A DNA stretch of 64,000 nucleotides. Source: Sphingomicrobium sp. (GTDB lineage Bacteria > Pseudomonadota > Alphaproteobacteria > Sphingomonadales > Sphingomonadaceae). Within the stretch, counting starts at the first letter, position 1. The number at the start of each line of letters is the position of its first letter. The stretch is from the NCBI GenBank assembly GCA_035701045.1, contig DASSOB010000018.1:4583-68582 (forward strand). The letters run 5' to 3'. Of this stretch, positions 60,558 through 64,000 are shown piece by piece. The notes under the pieces were generated by a model that saw only the letters and a program-made list of their open reading frames with translations, had not been told where the DNA came from and searched no databases. A program made the position numbers and the translations under genes.

Positions 60558-63500
60558 TTAAGCTGCCGAATAATAGGATTGGAGCGATGCGACTTCAAGC
60601 GCATGGCCCCGCACCGCCTCGATCGACCGCGCCGCGGCGAGGCTCGCCGCGGCAGTGGTGAAATAGGGCACCTTGCGCTGCAGCGCGGTCGCCCTGATCG
60701 AGTGGCTGTCCTTCAGCGATTGCCAGCCTTCCGTGGTGTTGAACACCAGGTCCACATCGCCGTCCAGAAGCTTGTCGACGATGTGCGGCCGCCCCTGCGC
60801 CACCTTGTTCACCGTCTCGACCGGAAGCCCCTTCGCTTGCAGGTGCGCGGCGGTGCCGCCAGTGGCGATGATCCTGAAGCCGAGCTCGACCATTTTCTCG
60901 ACGGCGGGGACGATATTGTCCTTGTCGGCGTCCTTGACCGACACGAACGCCGTCCCGCTTTGCGGCAGGATCATGCCCGCGCCGAGCATAGCCTTGGCGA
61001 AAGCTATATCGAAATCTCTATCGATTCCCATCACTTCACCAGTACTTTTCATTTCTGGTCCAAGCACGGGATCGGTCCCGGGGAAGCGCGCGAACGGGAA
61101 AACCGGCCCCTTGACCGCGATATAATCGAGATTGTGCGCGATTGGGCCGAGGCTGCTCAGCGCCTCTCCCGCCATGACCCGCGCCGCGAACTTGGCGACT
61201 GGTTTGCCGATCGCCTTCGCCACGAATGGCACCGTGCGGCTCGCGCGCGGGTTGACCTCGATCAGATACACCTCGCCGTCCTTCACCGCGAACTGAATGT
61301 TCATCAGGCCGAGCACCTTGAGCGCCAGCGCCAGCTCGCGCGCCTGCCGCTCGATCTCCTCGATAATCCTCGGCTCAAGGCTGTGCGGCGGGATCGCGCA
61401 GGCGCTGTCGCCCGAATGCACGCCCGCTTCCTCGATATGCTGGAGCACGCCGCACACCGCGACGTCCGTCCCGTCGCAAATGGCGTCCACATCCACCTCG
61501 ATGGCATCGCGGAGATAGCGGTCGATCAGCACCGGGCTCCGGCCCGACACCTGAACCGCGGTGGCGATATAATGGTCGAGCTGCTGCGGCCCGTCGACCA
61601 CCTCCATCCCGCGCCCGCCGAGCACGTAGGACGGCCTCAAGAGGACCGGATAGCCGATCTTCTCCGCGACCCGCAGCGCCTCGTCGCGGCTGCGTGCGAT
61701 GCCGTTCGCCGGCTGCTTGAGGTTCAGCTGCTGCACCAGCGCCGCGAAGCGTTCGCGGTCCTCGGCGAGGTCTATGCTGTCTGGCGACGTGCCGAGGATC
61801 GGCACCCCCGCCGCCTGGAGCTCGGCCGCGAGCTTCAGCGGAGTCTGGCCGCCCAGCTGGACGATCACGCCCAGAAGCTCGCCTTTCTCCTGCTCCCGCC
61901 GGACGATTTCGAGCACGTCCTCGGTCGTCAGCGGCTCGAAATAGAGCCGGTCCGACGTGTCGGGGTCGGTCGACACCGTCTCCGGATTGCAATTGACCAT
62001 GATGACTTCGAAACCGGCGCCAGCCTGGCCGTTGCGGTCGCGCCCGAGCGCGAAGGCGGCGTGGCAGCAGCAATAGTCGAATTCGATCCCCTGCCCGATC
62101 CGGTTCGGCCCGCCGCCGAGGATCATGATCTTGCGCCGGTCGCTGACCTGGGCCTCGTCCACGGGCTCACCGAACAAAGGCGCCTCGTAGGTCGAATAGA
62201 GATACGGCGTAGTAGCGTCGAACTCCGCGGCGCAGCTGTCGATCCGCTTGAACACCGGACGGACACCGAGCTTCAACCGATGCTCGCGCACCTCGCCCTC
62301 GGTAACGCCGCCGGTCATCGCCCGGATCGCGCTGTGCACGACGCCCGATCCGGCCGCGGCGACCGCCTCGCTCATCTCGCGTTCGACATGCGCCGAGCGG
62401 AGCGCCAACTGGGCAAGCCGTGCATCCGAGAAGCCCATGGCCTTCAGCCGCCGCATTCCCCGCGCATCGCTCGGAAGGCCGTTCACGCGAATGTCTTCCT
62501 CGGCGCGAACGATTTCTTCCAACCGCTTGAGAAACCACGGATCGAAGCCGGCGATTTCGTTGATCCGCTCGACCGTAAAGCCCTGGCGGAGCGCTTCGGC
62601 GGCGACCAGCAGCCGGTCGGGCGTCGGCCGCGCCAGCACGTGCTCGATCTCCGCCGGATCGGCATTTTCGAGCTCGCGCACCCGGTCGAGCCCGCAAAGT
62701 CCTGTTTCCAGCCCGCGAAGCGCTTTCTGCAGGCTTTCGGCGAAGCTCCGCCCGATCGCCATCACCTCGCCGACCGATTTCATCGAGGTCGTCAGGATCG
62801 CGTCCGCGCCCTTGAACTTCTCGAAGGCGAAGCGCGGGATCTTCGTCACGACATAGTCGATCGTCGGCTCGAAGCTCGCGGGAGTCGCGCCGCCGGTGAT
62901 GTCGTTGGCGATCTCGTCGAGCGTGTAGCCGACCGCCAGCCGCGCGGCGACCTTGGCGATCGGAAAGCCCGTCGCCTTCGACGCCAGCGCCGACGATCGC
63001 GACACGCGCGGGTTCATCTCGATTACGACCATCCGTCCGGTCTTCGGATCGACCGCGAACTGGACGTTGGAACCCCCTGTTTCGACGCCAATTTCCCGCA
63101 GCACCGCGATGCTCGCCGAGCGCATCCGCTGATATTCCTTGTCGGTCAGGGTCAGCGCCGGCGCGACGGTGATGCTGTCGCCCGTATGCACGCCCATCGG
63201 ATCGACATTCTCGATCGAGCAGACGATGATCGCATTGTCGGCGCGGTCGCGCACGACCTCCATCTCAAATTCCTTCCAGCCGAGCACCGATTCCTCGATC
63301 AGCACCTCGGTCGTCGGGCTCGCCTCCAGCCCGCCCGAAACGATCTGCACGAACTCGTCGCGATTGTAGGCGATGCCCCCGCCCGTCCCGCCGAGCGTGA
63401 AGCTTGGACGGATGATCGCCGGCAGTCCGACGCTGTCGAGCGCCGCCAGCGCCTCGTCGAGCGTGTGGGCGATCATCGAGCGTGGACTTTCGAGCCCGAT

Positions 63501-63914
63501 CTTGTCCATCGCCTCGCGGAACTTCAGCCGGTCCTCGGCCTTCTCGATCGCTTCCGCGTTGGCCCCAATCAGCTCGATCCCGAGCCGGTCGAGCGTCCCG
63601 TCCTTGTAAAGCGCCAACGCGGTATTCAGCGCCGTCTGCCCGCCCATCGTCGGAAGCAGCGCGTCCGGCCGCTCCTTCTCGCAGATCTTGGCGACGATCG
63701 CCGGCGTGATCGGCTCGATGTAGGTCGCATCGGCAAGCTCCGGATCGGTCATGATCGTCGCCGGGTTCGAATTGACGACGATAACCCGATAACCCTCTTC
63801 TTTCAGCGCCTTGACGGCCTGACTCCCCGAATAATCGAACTCCGCCGCCTGCCCGATCACGATCGGCCCCGCGCCAATGATGAGGATGGAGGAAATGTCG
63901 GTGCGTCTAGGCAT
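60558..63914 (-). CDS. carB: Carbamoyl-phosphate synthase large subunit
   Basis: 1118 aa: [33 protein letters not shown], duplicated ATP-grasp halves, MGS-like C-terminus. Confidence 0.95.
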   Translation of the reverse strand: MPRRTDISSILIIGAGPIVIGQAAEFDYSGSQAVKALKEEGYRVIVVNSNPATIMTDPELADATYIEPITPAIVAKICEKERPDALLPTMGGQTALNTALALYKDGTLDRLGIELIGANAEAIEKAEDRLKFREAMDKIGLESPRSMIAHTLDEALAALDSVGLPAIIRPSFTLGGTGGGIAYNRDEFVQIVSGGLEASPTTEVLIEESVLGWKEFEMEVVRDRADNAIIVCSIENVDPMGVHTGDSITVAPALTLTDKEYQRMRSASIAVLREIGVETGGSNVQFAVDPKTGRMVVIEMNPRVSRSSALASKATGFPIAKVAARLAVGYTLDEIANDITGGATPASFEPTIDYVVTKIPRFAFEKFKGADAILTTSMKSVGEVMAIGRSFAESLQKALRGLETGLCGLDRVRELENADPAEIEHVLARPTPDRLLVAAEALRQGFTVERINEIAGFDPWFLKRLEEIVRAEEDIRVNGLPSDARGMRRLKAMGFSDARLAQLALRSAHVEREMSEAVAAAGSGVVHSAIRAMTGGVTEGEVREHRLKLGVRPVFKRIDSCAAEFDATTPYLYSTYEAPLFGEPVDEAQVSDRRKIMILGGGPNRIGQGIEFDYCCCHAAFALGRDRNGQAGAGFEVIMVNCNPETVSTDPDTSDRLYFEPLTTEDVLEIVRREQEKGELLGVIVQLGGQTPLKLAAELQAAGVPILGTSPDSIDLAEDRERFAALVQQLNLKQPANGIARSRDEALRVAEKIGYPVLLRPSYVLGGRGMEVVDGPQQLDHYIATAVQVSGRSPVLIDRYLRDAIEVDVDAICDGTDVAVCGVLQHIEEAGVHSGDSACAIPPHSLEPRIIEEIERQARELALALKVLGLMNIQFAVKDGEVYLIEVNPRASRTVPFVAKAIGKPVAKFAARVMAGEALSSLGPIAHNLDYIAVKGPVFPFARFPGTDPVLGPEMKSTGEVMGIDRDFDIAFAKAMLGAGMILPQSGTAFVSVKDADKDNIVPAVEKMVELGFRIIATGGTAAHLQAKGLPVETVNKVAQGRPHIVDKLLDGDVDLVFNTTEGWQSLKDSHSIRATALQRKVPYFTTAAASLAAARSIEAVRGHALEVASLQSYYSAA

Positions 63915-63960
63915 TGACTGAGGAGCTTCCGATGATTTGAGTGGAGCCGTGCCGAACCAA

Positions 63961-63988
63961 TCCCCTCGCCCCCTTCAGGGGGAGAGGG
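63961..63988. repeat. Third copy of the CCCCTC-CCCC-loop-GGGG-GAGGG hairpin family
   Basis: TCCCCTCGCCCCCTTCAGGGGGAGAGGG just upstream of carB, near the window end. Resembles the arms of the 55835-55968 palindrome. Confidence 0.4.
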
Positions 63989-64000
63989 TCGACTCGTGCG

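Noticed and set aside
60375-63917. 1180-aa plus-strand ORF covering the whole carB locus.
   Set aside because: It is antisense to an unmistakable carB. The product is Arg/Asp/His-rich nonsense. Long antisense ORFs are expected in high-GC DNA because stop codons are rare.

Overview
High-GC chromosomal segment with alphaproteobacterial, Sphingomonadales-like gene content and order (inferred from gene content only). I can support about 60 protein genes, most of them housekeeping: dusB-ntrY, ispDF, lipA, ettA, dnaX-ybaB, two cysteine desulfurases plus a ferredoxin, an ornithine decarboxylase / deoxyhypusine-synthase-like pair, S46 peptidase, nnr, ispE, ETF-QO, gyrA, trmFO, pdhAB, eno, greA and carB. 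RNA genes are the SRP RNA, tRNA-Pro and a CAT-anticodon tRNA. I saw no prophage, IS element, CRISPR array or recognisable defence island.

The most interesting signal involves three small stand-alone nuclease genes, two GIY-YIG and one DUF559.
- Each is bracketed by 30-35 nt terminal inverted repeats that are themselves hairpins.
- Two of these cassettes flank ettA.
- A gene-less 85-bp inverted doublet of the same hairpin family sits upstream of trmFO.
- Most stem differences between repeat copies (5 of 6) are compensatory.
- All three nuclease ORFs are frameshifted, while every long housekeeping gene is intact.

This resembles REPIN/RAYT logic built around different nucleases.

Other points:
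- EcfG-type (general stress response) promoter matches lie in front of an MscS channel gene, an 88-aa acidic protein and a 4-gene overlapping membrane-protein operon.
- Two tandem glycine-zipper lipoprotein paralogues share a 60-nt near-identical 3' block and a shared GGAAC promoter-like motif.
- A palindromic doublet is inserted in frame in a UDG-family gene.
- Three genes have a conserved N-terminus that lies upstream of any canonical start codon.
- At least six unrelated families of palindromic repeats are present.

All coordinates and motif counts were made by hand from the sequence. No searches or computations were run.
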